64,000 nucleotides of DNA from Lobosporangium transversale (GCF_002105155.1 NW_019028992.1:1-64000); one strand, 5' to 3'. Positions 1-10,319 are shown, counted from the first letter of the stretch. Program-made: numbers and translations. Notes: a model not told the origin generated them from the sequence alone.

Positions 1-260
1 CAAGAAATAACCATTCAAACGGGACACGTGCAAGCTTTCGTTGATGCCATAAGAATTGGAAAGTGTAATGTTAATACTCTCCTTGTGATAGTCGTCATTG
101 TGTCTCTTTAGATGTATTCTTTTTTCGAAGACCTTTGGGCAAATTGAACAGTTCCAGGAACGTGAGTGGGTTTCGCGTTGATCCATGTTTCATGTAGCGG
201 TTACTCTTTCGAACTAAAACAAAGGAAGAATGGGTTAGTGGAAGCAAAGCAGCGGCAAAT

Positions 261-620
261 AAAAAAAAAATAGGGCGCCATAGTGAAAATTAAACAGCAC
301 AAAAAAAAAAAAAATAGGGCGGATAGTGAAAATTGAACAGCACAAAAAAAAAAAAATAAGGCGGATAGTGGAAATTAAACAGCACAAAAAAAAAAAATAA
401 GGCGGATAGTGGAATCAGCACAAAAAAAAAAAATAGGGCGGATAGTGGAAATTAAACAGCACAAAAAAAAAAAATAGGGCGGATAGTGGAAATTGAACAG
501 CACAAAAAAAAAAAATAAGGCGGATAGTGGAATCAGCACAAAAAAAAAATAGGGCGGATAGTGGAAATTAAACAGCACAAAAAAAAAAATAGGGCGGATA
601 GTGAAATTTAAACAGCACAA
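261..620. repeat. Tandem array, about 9 copies of a ~40-44 bp unit (A)n-TAGGGCGGATAGTGGAAATTAAACAGCAC
   Basis: Unit read directly. The variable poly-A length and the short variant GGAATCAGCAC recur. Confidence 0.95.
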
Positions 621-628
621 AGAAGAGC

Positions 629-816
629 TGCTAATGTCAAGGTGCTCGAGGGGAATCTAAGGGTACTAAAAAGGTGTCTTTATTCAAGCGAATTGTGCTG
701 CTGAACTAGATGGAAAAGTGGGCCTATTTATTGCAGCTAATTTCCTGCTGCAAGGAATGCTCCAGAAAATTAGAGGAAATACTGTTGCACAAATTTGTGA
801 TGTAATTTCGCTTGCA
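629..816 (-). mobile_element. Isolated LTR related to the Gypsy LTR at 18528-18718
   Basis: TG...CA ends (TGCTAATGTCAAGG ... TTTCGCTTGCA). Colinear similarity to 18528-18718 (ATCTAAGGGT, TCTTTATTCA, GAACTAGAT, CCTATTTAT, TGCAAGGAATGCTC, TGTTGCACAAA). No matching TSD. Confidence 0.8.
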
Positions 817-1199
817 AGGAACTTTTTTTGCAACTTCGAAAAAGGGGTGTTAAAATAATACTGTGTCTGGTGGGAAAAGTGTTTTTTTGGTGATTATGAA
901 ACTGTTCAGGTCAAACAAGTTGCTGGAGAGCAAAGGGAAAAACAGAAGTTGAACGAGAGGACGTCCAATGATGTAAGGGAAAAAGCGGTGGAGCAATAAA
1001 GAAAAGCGTTGAAAAAAAGAAAAAAGAAGGGTGTACCAGAAGAATAAAACGATGCTGTCAAGACTGACAATGAAAACAATGAAGAGACAAAGACGTAATA
1101 TTTTGGAAAGAGGGAAAGAAAGATGCGGAGAAGGAAAAGAAGAAAGAGGGTGGAAGGCATTGAGAACAAAGAAAAACAAAACATCGTGTGAAACAAAAA

Positions 1200-1233
<34 letters not shown>

Positions 1234-2260
1234 AAAGAAAATGCCCCTGAAAATGGTCTGAGCTGCAGTGAAGTTAATCGAGTGCAAAAAATGAAGAAAA
1301 GAGCGGGTTCGAGATTAAAATAAATAACAGCAAAGGACAGGGCAAAAAATACAGCAATGGACGGGGCAAAAATTTGAAGAGGATGTGGCAAGGAGCTTTG
1401 CAACATGGAATTCACATGCAAAAAAATAAAAAAGAAATCGAAATAAATGAAAGGGTGAAGTTGAACAGAAATGGAAAAAGTAACAAACGGTGGGTAATTT
1501 GTTCAAATTAAAAAAATTTTGGTGCTTATCCCCATCCCGTCCACGGCAACGCACAGTGTCAACTCTTTTACATACCCAGGGAGATTCAAAGCTTCTCTCG
1601 GTGTTAATTAGGCAAGAAGGACAAGAAAACTTACAGAAAATGAGCCGCAGCAGCACTGGAAAGCAGGGAGGGAAAATAAGATGAAAGAGTAAGAAGAGAA
1701 TAAGCTGATGAAAGAAGGCGACGAATGAGAATATGAATGTGAATGTGAGTGCGAATGTGAATGTAAATGCGAATGTGAATGTCAATGGTCAATGTCAATG
1801 TGAATGTGTGTGGAAGAGCAGAGGAAGACAAAGGCAGAAAATGAAAAATGATGGAGGACAAGGAAGAATAAAATATCGTGAGAAAAAAAGAAAAAAAAGG
1901 CCCCTGAAAAATGGTCTCTGCGGGATGACGTAGAGGGCATGTTTCCTTATTTTAGTGTGACTATATGGGTACGTAAGCGTGGACTGACAGCGCCAGGCTC
2001 TGAATAGGTGCATGTAGGGGACGTAGGATGGTTGCACTTGGAAGAAGCTCTGCTACCATAAAAAAATATATTTTTCTTTCGACCGGTCAAGTTGAAGGAC
2101 TATAAATCCTCAAATACTGGCTCCTAGGACCTGGTTCCTACATCAATCGATAGGGAATGCTCGGCTATATCAGCATACTAAATTTGAAAAATTTGGCAAA
2201 ATCCCCATTGCACCCACCCTAAATGCAGATTCTGAACATTGCACTTACCACAGCACGTGG

Positions 2261-2473
2261 TGTAAATAGTAACAATCAAAGGTGATCTTAGGTGGAATCG
2301 AAGGTCAAAGGATACTTTATTTGGCTATAACGTAGTGGACTATTTATACTGATAATTGATAGGGTTGGGGCTTGGTGTCTTGGCACTTGGGCTTGGCGTC
2401 TTGGCGCCTGGGGTGCGTGTGATAGTTGAGCCCTCCTCAAAGGTTTGAGTCAGTATTGTATAACACGTTTGCA
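2261..2473 (-). repeat. 3' LTR of chromovirus (213 bp)
   Basis: Direct repeat of 8443-8656, adjacent to the polypurine tract. Confidence 0.97.
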
Positions 2474-2769
2474 TCCTTCCCGTCAAAAATGAAGGAGATC
2501 ATAAATCGAAGAAGAAAAGAGAAAAAAAAATTGATGGAAATAAAGAAAACGAAGAGAAGAGAGGAGAAATAAATAAAATATTAAATAAAAAAAAAAATAA
2601 AAAAAAATTGATGTGGTGATGTCTGATTGGTTAAAATTACTGGTCATGCGGTTCATGCAGATCATGTGGATGAGGATGGGTGAATGAGTGGCGATGGAGT
2701 TGGTGAGTTCGTGTTGCATTCTTTCCTCATTCCTCTTTGCTTATTTCAAAAAAAAGGAAAAAAGTCTCC

Positions 2770-3417
2770 ATGATGTCTTCACGCAAGGCTTCTCATCCAA
2801 TGCCACCGCGTAAAGGTCGTGCTCCTTCTGGTGGCGTGTTTTCTGAAGTTGTATTGACACAGCGGTCGGCGGTACCAAGCTCCCAGGGTTCTTCAGATGA
2901 CCCTGACGCCACACAGCCTTATTCTGTGCCTCAGGAGGAAGAGCTAGATACGAGGTTGGAATTGTCTCCACGTCTTTCACCTGTAATCTTGGGGTGGATG
3001 CTACCGAAGGAGGAGTATCCTGAGGTGGGCAATTCGCCAACTGTGAGGGAAGCCAGAGATCATGTGGAGTCGAGTACTTCAGCGGCGTCGGGAGTGGAGG
3101 GGGCTGGGGTCCGTTTGGCTTCTGTAAGTTCGACGAGTGACAATGCACAGTGGGAAGCTGTTGATGGAGAGGATGGTCCTGAGGAGCCGGAGAGGCGACG
3201 GAAGAGGAGTCGTCATGAGGGACCGAGGCTGTCGATGATAAGAGAGTGTTCTTCGCTGATAGCGTTTGAGTTTCGTGCATTGCAGACCCAGGATGTGAGT
3301 GTAGAAGAGCGAGCACGGGAACGTCGTCGATTGATGGAGGAAATGGCGGTTGTTACCATGCTGGAGTGGGCAGAGAAGGGAGGTAAAAGGAAGAGAGGAA
3401 GAGAGGAAAGGAGATAG
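2770..3417 (+). CDS. Hypothetical antisense ORF (~215 aa) inside the chromovirus 3' region
   Basis: ATG at 2770, open to 3417, lying between the pol stop and the 3' LTR. It is GC-richer than its flanks and has basic NLS-like patches RRRKRSR and KRKRGREERR. No family recognised. Confidence 0.5.
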   Translation: MMSSRKASHPMPPRKGRAPSGGVFSEVVLTQRSAVPSSQGSSDDPDATQPYSVPQEEELDTRLELSPRLSPVILGWMLPKEEYPEVGNSPTVREARDHVESSTSAASGVEGAGVRLASVSSTSDNAQWEAVDGEDGPEEPERRRKRSRHEGPRLSMIRECSSLIAFEFRALQTQDVSVEERARERRRLMEEMAVVTMLEWAEKGGKRKRGREERR

Positions 3418-3506
3418 TAAAAGAAGAAAGGAAGAGAGAAGAGAAAAAAAAAGAAGAAAAATAAAGAACAAGAAAAAAAAAGAAACAGAGAAAAATAATT
3501 TTGGTG

Positions 3507-6500
3507 TTACTGTTGCATTTTTTGAAATTCCTCCAGTGCTTCTTTTGCATTAACTAGTGAGGATCTCCGTTCCCATGTTGCTTCTTCGTCAGGATATCCC
3601 TTCCATTTCACGAGCCACTTGGGGGTTCTGCCAAATAGTTTGTAATCCAGAATCTTTTCCACTTCATATTCTTCTTCGCCATCGACTAAATCTGGTGGGA
3701 GTCTGGCAGGTGCTCGTTCGCCGAAATTCTCCGGGGATTCGTGATAATGTCGTAATAAATCTGTATTGAAGACAGGGTGTTGTTTCATGTTCGGAGGTAG
3801 CTCGAGCTTGTACGCGTTGTCGTTGATCTTCTCTATGATTTTGAATGGTCCAATGAATTTTGGTTCTAACTTTTTGGAGGGTCGGTTTGCGTGAGCTGCG
3901 ACAGTGATATGCTCCGTACTCAGTAAGACACTATCGCCTACAGTGAACCTGGCGGGTGATCGTGCTTTATCTGCTTGGCGTTTTTGGATGTCCTGAGCTG
4001 TCGCTATTGCGTCTTGTGCTTGCGCCAACGCAGAGGCTTGAGTGGAAATGAAGGTAGAGATAGCCGGTACATCTGTTGTTGGTGGTTTCAAGAGGGATGA
4101 TGGGACAATGGGATGATGACCGTGGTTTAGGAAAAAGGGGGAAAACCCTGTGGAGGGGTTGACGGAGTTGTTGTATGCAAATTCCATCATTGGTAAGAGC
4201 AAGTCCCAGTCATTCTGTTTGTACGAGACATAAGATCGTAGCATTTCCTCCAGGGTCCTGTTGGCTCGCTCCGTCTGTCCGTCTGTCTGAGGATGGAATG
4301 CTGTAGACATATGGAGTTTAGTTCCCATGAGCTTCATCAATGTGGTCCAGAAGTGTCCCGTGAATCTTGAGTCTCTGTCCGATACAATAGCTCGTGGCAT
4401 GCCATGGAGTCGGAAGACATTATTGAAGAAGAGTCGCGCGATATCTGAAGCAGTGTCCGTTGTATGGCTAGGGCAGAAGTGGACTTGTTTGGATAACTTG
4501 TCTACGAATACAGTTATGGCATTGAACCCTCGGTTCGTCTTGGGTAAAGGGCCAATGAAGTCCATGGTGACAGTTTCCCATCGTTCAAGAGGTATATCGA
4601 GAGGTTTGAATAATCCGGCAGGATGATGAAGCAGTGGTTTATTTCGCTGGCACTGTTCGCATGATGCAATGTAAGTCTTGGTGTCTCGGGCCATTCGTGG
4701 CCAAAAGAAAGTCCTTCGCATGGTTTCATATGTTTTCTCGAAGCCGAGGTGGCCAGCAATGGGAGAATCATGTGCATCATGAAGTAGGAGAGCGCGAATG
4801 TTAGGATCATTCGGGATACATAAACGTGTCTGTCCAGCGATGTTAATCCACAATAGGTCATCAGCAACAAAATAACGATCAGAGGGACTTGCCTCGCGGC
4901 AGCTTTCGTAAAGTGATCCTAACTTAAGGTCATATGGGTAACACTTTATCAGGCGCTGCCGTAAGCCTGGGTCCAAACTTATTTCTATGGAGTTAATCTG
5001 CTCACTGGCGGGATCCTGCGCCTTGTGGTCAGGCCTCCTTGAGAGAGCGTCGGGGACGATGTTGTCTTTGCCTGGTTTGTACTTGAAGTTGAAGTCGTAT
5101 TCTTGTAGGAGTTCCATCCATCTGGCCTGTCTCCGAGTCAGGTTTGGCTGGGTTGGAAAATGCTGCAATGTGGCATGGTCAGTATAGACAATAAAATGAG
5201 ATCCATCCAAATAGTATCGCCATGTTCTTAAGGCGTGGACGACAGCTAGTAATTCTTGCTCATGGGTTGGGTAGTTTCGTTCTGCAGAGCTCAACTTTCG
5301 TGATGTAAAGGCAACAGGGCGCGATTCGCCCTTGTGATCTGTTTGGAACAAGACTGCACCAATGGCGAAACCTGATGCATCAGTTTCGACGGAAGTTGCT
5401 AGGGCAGGGTCAAAAATTCTGAGTACGGGTGCCATGGTGACTGCCTGCTTCAGTCTTTCAAAGGCCTCTTGGTGAGGCTTGCTCCAGTAGAATGTTGTAG
5501 TTGAGCCTAACAGATCAGTAAGGGGAAGCGCGATATCAGCATAGTGGTCGATGTATTGATGATAGAAGTTTGTTAATCCAAGGAACTGCATGACGTGGCG
5601 CTGTGTTGTGGGTGTTGGCCATTCTCTAACTGCCTTAACCAGTGCTCCGTTTGTTTTGAGTCCATCTTTGGATATAACATGGCCTAGGAACTCTGTCTCC
5701 TCTTGCATAAATGAACACTTGGAAAGCTTGCAAAAGAGGCCTGCCTTGCGTAGGAGCCTAAGAACGTTTCTGATGTCTTGTAGATGTTGCTCTTTGTTAT
5801 CAGAATAAATCAGTATATCATCTAGGTAAACTACGGTGCATTTATCCAGCACGGGATCCAACACGTTGCGCATCATGGCTGAAAAGGCGGCAGGTGCGTT
5901 GGTGAGTCCGAAAGGGACGACGTTAAACTCATAGTGACCGTAGCGTGTTCGAAATGCCGTTTTATGTCGGTCGTCTGGATGAACGCGCATTTGATGATAT
6001 CCGGATAGTAAGTCGAGCTTTGTAAAAAATCGTGCTGTCCTGAAACGATCTATTAGCTCGTCGATTCTTGGTAGTGGATGGCGATTCTTACGGGTTATTT
6101 TGTTTAATCCTCTGTAGTCTACACACATCCTCAGTCCGCCATCCTTCTTTTTAACGAATAAAACTGGTGCTCCGTAGGGTGATGTACTTGGAGAGATGAA
6201 GCCTTTGCGCAGTAGTTCTGTGAGTTGTGTTTTTAGTTCGTCTAATTCAGCAATTGATAAGCGAATGACTGGTCTTACAGGTGGATCGGTATTATTTTCA
6301 GTCTCGATTCGCATGCTATCGCCACGATCCTGAGGGAGTCCGTCCGGTAGTGTGTCAGGAAAGAGGTCTGGAAATTCTACTTGGACAATTTGTTGAATCG
6401 ATTCGGGTAGTGTTGAGTCTAGGTTTGTTGGTGGTGAAGTGGTTCTTACTTGGGCCAAGAATGTTGTCGTTTCGGGTTCTAATGCTAATGCAGCAAAGTT

Positions 6501-7259
6501 TATGGCAGAAAGGCAATTTTGACGAGCGGAGGAGGAGGTATGCCCTCGACATTCCCATAGTATGTGTTTACCATCGTGTTCAAAGTGTAAATCGTTAGTG
6601 CGCCAGTTGATTTGGGGATTGACTGCGGTTAGCCAAGGTTTCCCTAGGATGAGATCATATTTTTTCGAGGGGTAGATGATACTTTGAATCTTTTCACCAT
6701 AGGAACCACGTTCAAGGGTAACAGATGCGGTTCCTGGGGACATGACTGCTGTGCCATTCGGATGAATGATAGGGATAGGGTTCGCGTTGTCTATGATAAT
6801 GTTATGTTTTCTGCAAAATTTTGAACTCAATACATTTCCTTCTGCTCCACCATCAATGAGGATTCGCGCAGGGTGTCCGTTGACGGCCCCAATGAAGGTT
6901 AGTAGTCGTCTCACATTGGTGTAGACAGCGGACAGGGATTGGAGGTGTGTGGCATGACGACGACGACGACGGGGTGGTTTACTAGCAAGGTGTTCGTGGG
7001 AAGTAGAGGGGGTAGGTGAATTTTCATTTGTGTCTTGGTTTGAAGATGATTTGATTTCAGTGACAGATGACGCGGGATGGGAATCGGGGGAGAGGTGATT
7101 TAGGGAATCCGGAGGAATGGAAGTGGTGTGGTGCAAGGTGCTTTTAGAGGGTAGTGATAAGAGAGAGGATAGAGAAAATATGGGAGAGGAGCGAGAAGGC
7201 ATAATCATGGATTTAGGAGAACTAGAGTTTTTATTACTGTTGTTACTACTTAAATCCAT
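3507..7259 (-). CDS. pol: Pol polyprotein PR-RT-RH-IN-chromodomain (entered from gag by -1 frameshift near 7340-7346)
   Basis: Protease ILIDGGAEGN. RT LFVKKKDG/MCVDYRGLN/YLDD. RNase H ETDAS/YTDH/DALSR. Integrase HHCC, MDF/VSDRD/GQTER and GPF. Chromodomain YEVEKIL..WLVKWKGY..ATWE. Confidence 0.97.
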   Translation of the reverse strand: MDLSSNNSNKNSSSPKSMIMPSRSSPIFSLSSLLSLPSKSTLHHTTSIPPDSLNHLSPDSHPASSVTEIKSSSNQDTNENSPTPSTSHEHLASKPPRRRRRHATHLQSLSAVYTNVRRLLTFIGAVNGHPARILIDGGAEGNVLSSKFCRKHNIIIDNANPIPIIHPNGTAVMSPGTASVTLERGSYGEKIQSIIYPSKKYDLILGKPWLTAVNPQINWRTNDLHFEHDGKHILWECRGHTSSSARQNCLSAINFAALALEPETTTFLAQVRTTSPPTNLDSTLPESIQQIVQVEFPDLFPDTLPDGLPQDRGDSMRIETENNTDPPVRPVIRLSIAELDELKTQLTELLRKGFISPSTSPYGAPVLFVKKKDGGLRMCVDYRGLNKITRKNRHPLPRIDELIDRFRTARFFTKLDLLSGYHQMRVHPDDRHKTAFRTRYGHYEFNVVPFGLTNAPAAFSAMMRNVLDPVLDKCTVVYLDDILIYSDNKEQHLQDIRNVLRLLRKAGLFCKLSKCSFMQEETEFLGHVISKDGLKTNGALVKAVREWPTPTTQRHVMQFLGLTNFYHQYIDHYADIALPLTDLLGSTTTFYWSKPHQEAFERLKQAVTMAPVLRIFDPALATSVETDASGFAIGAVLFQTDHKGESRPVAFTSRKLSSAERNYPTHEQELLAVVHALRTWRYYLDGSHFIVYTDHATLQHFPTQPNLTRRQARWMELLQEYDFNFKYKPGKDNIVPDALSRRPDHKAQDPASEQINSIEISLDPGLRQRLIKCYPYDLKLGSLYESCREASPSDRYFVADDLLWINIAGQTRLCIPNDPNIRALLLHDAHDSPIAGHLGFEKTYETMRRTFFWPRMARDTKTYIASCEQCQRNKPLLHHPAGLFKPLDIPLERWETVTMDFIGPLPKTNRGFNAITVFVDKLSKQVHFCPSHTTDTASDIARLFFNNVFRLHGMPRAIVSDRDSRFTGHFWTTLMKLMGTKLHMSTAFHPQTDGQTERANRTLEEMLRSYVSYKQNDWDLLLPMMEFAYNNSVNPSTGFSPFFLNHGHHPIVPSSLLKPPTTDVPAISTFISTQASALAQAQDAIATAQDIQKRQADKARSPARFTVGDSVLLSTEHITVAAHANRPSKKLEPKFIGPFKIIEKINDNAYKLELPPNMKQHPVFNTDLLRHYHESPENFGERAPARLPPDLVDGEEEYEVEKILDYKLFGRTPKWLVKWKGYPDEEATWERRSSLVNAKEALEEFQKMQQ

Positions 7260-7321
7260 ATGACTACGCCCTCTAGAGCCCAGGACTCGAGGGTTGGTGG
7301 TGAGAGCGAGGCTGGCCTGGT

Positions 7322-8293
7322 CTACAGCTCGCTCTCCTCTTTTCCCGAGTCGTCGTAGTCGTCTTGTTGTTCCAGGTTGTTCAAGTTCCTAGTCACGCGG
7401 CAGTTCTTGGCCATGTGTCCCTTCTTTCTGCAGCGAAAGCAAGCGCCTGCGCGGCGCAGTTTTGTTCTGTCATTTTCGGTGAGCTTGGAGAGTGGTCTGT
7501 TGTTAGTCGAGGGGGGGCGATGGAAGTTCGCTAAGCCTGTGGAGTTTGTACTCTGTAGTAGGAAGTTATTGAACATCATCTGCATTGCGTCTAGGTCCAT
7601 CGGGGTCGGTGTGGGTTGGCTTGTTTGGTTTGTCATGATGGGGGGTCTAGAGGAATGTAAAATGCTGTGGATCATCGTAGCCTGCTTGATGGCCTGGTTG
7701 AGAGTCTGAGGCTGGCGAAGGAGGACTTCCTTGCTTGTGTCTTCTACAAGGCCGTAGGTATAATGGAGGACAAGCCATGATTCCTCCAGTTTGGGTGTGA
7801 GGCGTTGGAGGCGGCGGAATTTGGCAGTGTATTCCGCTACTGAGGATTTACCTTGTTTTAATTGAACCAGTGCTTTCTGGGCTGAAGAAGCCGTGTCAGG
7901 GGGTGTGAAGTTTTCGATGAATTTACTTCGGAAAGTGTCCCATGGTGTATCAATTGTCATTTCCGAGTCTCGCCACCATGCCTTGGCGTCTCCTTTCAGG
8001 TTGACAACGGTATATCGGACCCAACGGGAGTGGTTAAGCTCCATGATCTCGAAGTACTCTTCTTGGTTCTCCAAGAAGTTGAGGACCGCGACAGCGTCGA
8101 CATTTCCCTCGTATGGTTCTGGTTTGGTAGGTTTTATCACAGCAGCCACCGTGCGGACATGGTCATTAAAGGCGGCAGCGCTAGAAGCACTATCCTGTCG
8201 GGATTCGAGGAAGGTTTGCACAGCGTTCTGCACGGATAGGCTGGTACTGGCATCAAGGTTAAGAGCTTTCAAGGAAGTGGTGAGGTTGTCCAT
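7322..8293 (-). CDS. gag: Gag (retrotransposon capsid plus CCHC zinc knuckle)
   Basis: LKGDAKAWW, LKQGKSSVAEYTAKF, PTPMDLD and CFRCRKKGHMAKNC motifs. Confidence 0.95.
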   Translation of the reverse strand: MDNLTTSLKALNLDASTSLSVQNAVQTFLESRQDSASSAAAFNDHVRTVAAVIKPTKPEPYEGNVDAVAVLNFLENQEEYFEIMELNHSRWVRYTVVNLKGDAKAWWRDSEMTIDTPWDTFRSKFIENFTPPDTASSAQKALVQLKQGKSSVAEYTAKFRRLQRLTPKLEESWLVLHYTYGLVEDTSKEVLLRQPQTLNQAIKQATMIHSILHSSRPPIMTNQTSQPTPTPMDLDAMQMMFNNFLLQSTNSTGLANFHRPPSTNNRPLSKLTENDRTKLRRAGACFRCRKKGHMAKNCRVTRNLNNLEQQDDYDDSGKEESEL

Positions 8294-8442
8294 GGCAAAA
8301 AAAAAAAAAAAAAAAAATCAAATGCAGGGGTAAATTTTTAAATTTTATCTAGGAAAATATCAGAGGGATCTAGGGAAAATTATCAGAGGGAAATATAAGC
8401 GGTTTCTGGCGGGGTCGGTGGTTCGATGAACCTTTGCTACCA

Positions 8443-8656
8443 TGTAAATAGTAACAATCAAAGGTGATCTTAGGTGGAATCGAAGGTCAAAGGATACTTT
8501 ATTTGGCTATAACGTAGTGGACTATTTATACTGATAATTGATAGGGTTGGGGCTTGGTGTCTTGGCACTTGGGCTTGGCGTCTTGGCGCCTGGGGTGCGC
8601 GTGATAGTTGAGCCCTCCTCAAAGGTTTGAGTTCAGTATTGTATAACACGTTTGCA
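8443..8656 (-). repeat. 5' LTR of chromovirus (214 bp)
   Basis: Direct repeat of 2261-2473, abutting the PBS. Confidence 0.97.
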
Positions 8657-10252
8657 TCATCAAAAGTCATTCAATGATTTTGAATTTTTAACATTCTCAT
8701 TCCTTTTCTTCATTCTCATCTAGCATGTGGCTAGTATATTTGGGGTAGTGCATTTGTTCCCCACACCTCATGATTACTTTCATGTCTCATTCCTAATTAT
8801 GACTTCATTGTGAAATAAAACCAATTTCAATTTGACCTGCCTATTGAATGACTTCTGCTGAATTTCAATGTTGATTGCAAAAAAAACTTTTTCACTTCTC
8901 TTTTTTCTACCAAGATTACCTTCAGCTATATCTTCATACACCTCTACTTACAATTAACATTCCACATCGTTTAGTATTTATTATGAGGACGCTTTCTAGG
9001 GAAAAGGTACAAAATGCTCAGGCCTTACTTCGACAAGGGAAGTCTACAAGCGAAGTGGCAAGGCAACTTGGTATCTCTATTTCATCGGCAATAAGGATCA
9101 GGAGGGACGTCAAGGACAATATTCCTAAACCCAGAATGGGCAGACCCTCATTGGTTTCCCCTGCTACCAAGAGGGTTATTGCACGCGAGTTTGATACGGG
9201 GAAACTTAGATCCATTCTGGCAGTTCAAGAATACATCAGATCGAGCCATGGAGTGCATGTCAGTGTAGAGACTGCCCGACGCTATGTAAAATCAGAGGGT
9301 TTGAAAAACTATGGCCGCCCATTCAAGCCTAGGCTGACAAAAATGCAGATTGCGAAAAGGAAGAATTTTGCCCTCAACCACCTTGACTGGACTGTTGATG
9401 ACTGGAAGCGAGTGATGTTCTCGGACGAAAAGCTTTTTGGAAGGCTAGGGTCCTTAGGAGGAAGAACACAATATAGGCGACCCGGCCACAGGACTTTAGA
9501 AGATCAAGATGTTAGAGAGAGATCAAGGAGAGCACATAACAAACTTATGTGGTGGGGCTGTATCACTTATCATGGTGTAGGCGATGGTTGCAGGATCCCT
9601 GTCACAGTTGATTCCTCTTTATATGTTGATGTTCTACAAGATTATGTCCTCGGCTCATGGAAGTGGTATGGCCAGGACCCTGAAAAGTTAATTTTTCAGC
9701 AGGACAATGCAAGTGTTCATACGAGTAGGATGGTTAAAGAGTTCTTAATTAAGTCACACATTACCACTTTGGAGTGGCCTCCAGATTCTCCTGACCTCAA
9801 CCCTATCGAGAATGTATGGGCCTACATGGATCATCGGCTCAAGGGATATGAGAAGGTACCAAAGGATCTGGATGAACTATGGGAAAGACTACAGGATATC
9901 TGGACATCTATTCCACCTGACTTCCTTGATGAGCTATATGAAAGTATGCCACGAAGGGTAGAGGAGCTACATCGCAAGAAAGGAGGTCGTACACATTACT
10001 GAAGAACAGAAAAAAAAAACAAATAAAGCAAAGCTCCCGATTTTCTTCAAATGGCATTCAATGAGATGCCAATAATTGGCATTCATCTAAATTTTCAATT
10101 AGCAACAGGAGCTCATTGACATTGTAGTAGGAGAGACGTTGTCGATGGCCAAACTCGCTACGTAAGTTTCATTAGCGACAAGCAAGATCAAATTGGAGAA
10201 AGGAATGAGAATGTCGAAATTCCTAATTCAGAATGACTTTTGATGACCACTG
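8657..10252 (+). mobile_element. Tc1-family DNA transposon; left TIR lacks its first 6 bp at the LTR junction
   Basis: Right end GAATGACTTTTGATGACCACTG followed by TA. The left end begins TCATCAAAAGTCATTC, matching it in inversion. Confidence 0.9.
8983..10002 (+). CDS. Tc1 transposase, DD34E, apparently intact
   Basis: N-terminal HTH and GRP motif, then MFSDEK, FQQDNA and SPDLNPIEN. I counted 34 residues between the second D and E. First ATG is at 8983. Confidence 0.93.
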   Translation: MRTLSREKVQNAQALLRQGKSTSEVARQLGISISSAIRIRRDVKDNIPKPRMGRPSLVSPATKRVIAREFDTGKLRSILAVQEYIRSSHGVHVSVETARRYVKSEGLKNYGRPFKPRLTKMQIAKRKNFALNHLDWTVDDWKRVMFSDEKLFGRLGSLGGRTQYRRPGHRTLEDQDVRERSRRAHNKLMWWGCITYHGVGDGCRIPVTVDSSLYVDVLQDYVLGSWKWYGQDPEKLIFQQDNASVHTSRMVKEFLIKSHITTLEWPPDSPDLNPIENVWAYMDHRLKGYEKVPKDLDELWERLQDIWTSIPPDFLDELYESMPRRVEELHRKKGGRTHY

Positions 10253-10319
10253 TAGTAATGAGTTATCTCTAACGCTTCTCTTAAAAAAAATAAAAATAAA
10301 TAAAAATAAAAAACATTAG

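Larger units (their letters stand above)
2261..8656 (-). mobile_element. Full-length Ty3/Gypsy LTR retrotransposon (chromovirus)
   Basis: LTRs 2261-2473 and 8443-8656 (TG...CA; 1 substitution and 1 indel). PBS TGGTAGCAAAGG at 8431-8442 fits the tRNA-iMet 3' end. PPT at 2474-2482. Intact gag and pol. Confidence 0.97.

Noticed and set aside
1..200. Zinc-finger-like peptide WNCSICPKVF on the minus strand
   Set aside because: Too short, cut by the window edge, and the histidines are not in frame.
261..620. CRISPR array
   Set aside because: The spacers are only poly-A, the context is eukaryotic and there are no cas genes.
850..2037. F/L/K-rich ORFs here and similar ones across 49-61 kb
   Set aside because: They are translations of poly-A/T tracts and microsatellites with no domain signal.
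2741..3316. 191-aa sense-strand ORF as an env-like gene
   Set aside because: Non-ATG start, P/S/H-rich shadow of the opposite-strand ORF, and no signal peptide or transmembrane segment.
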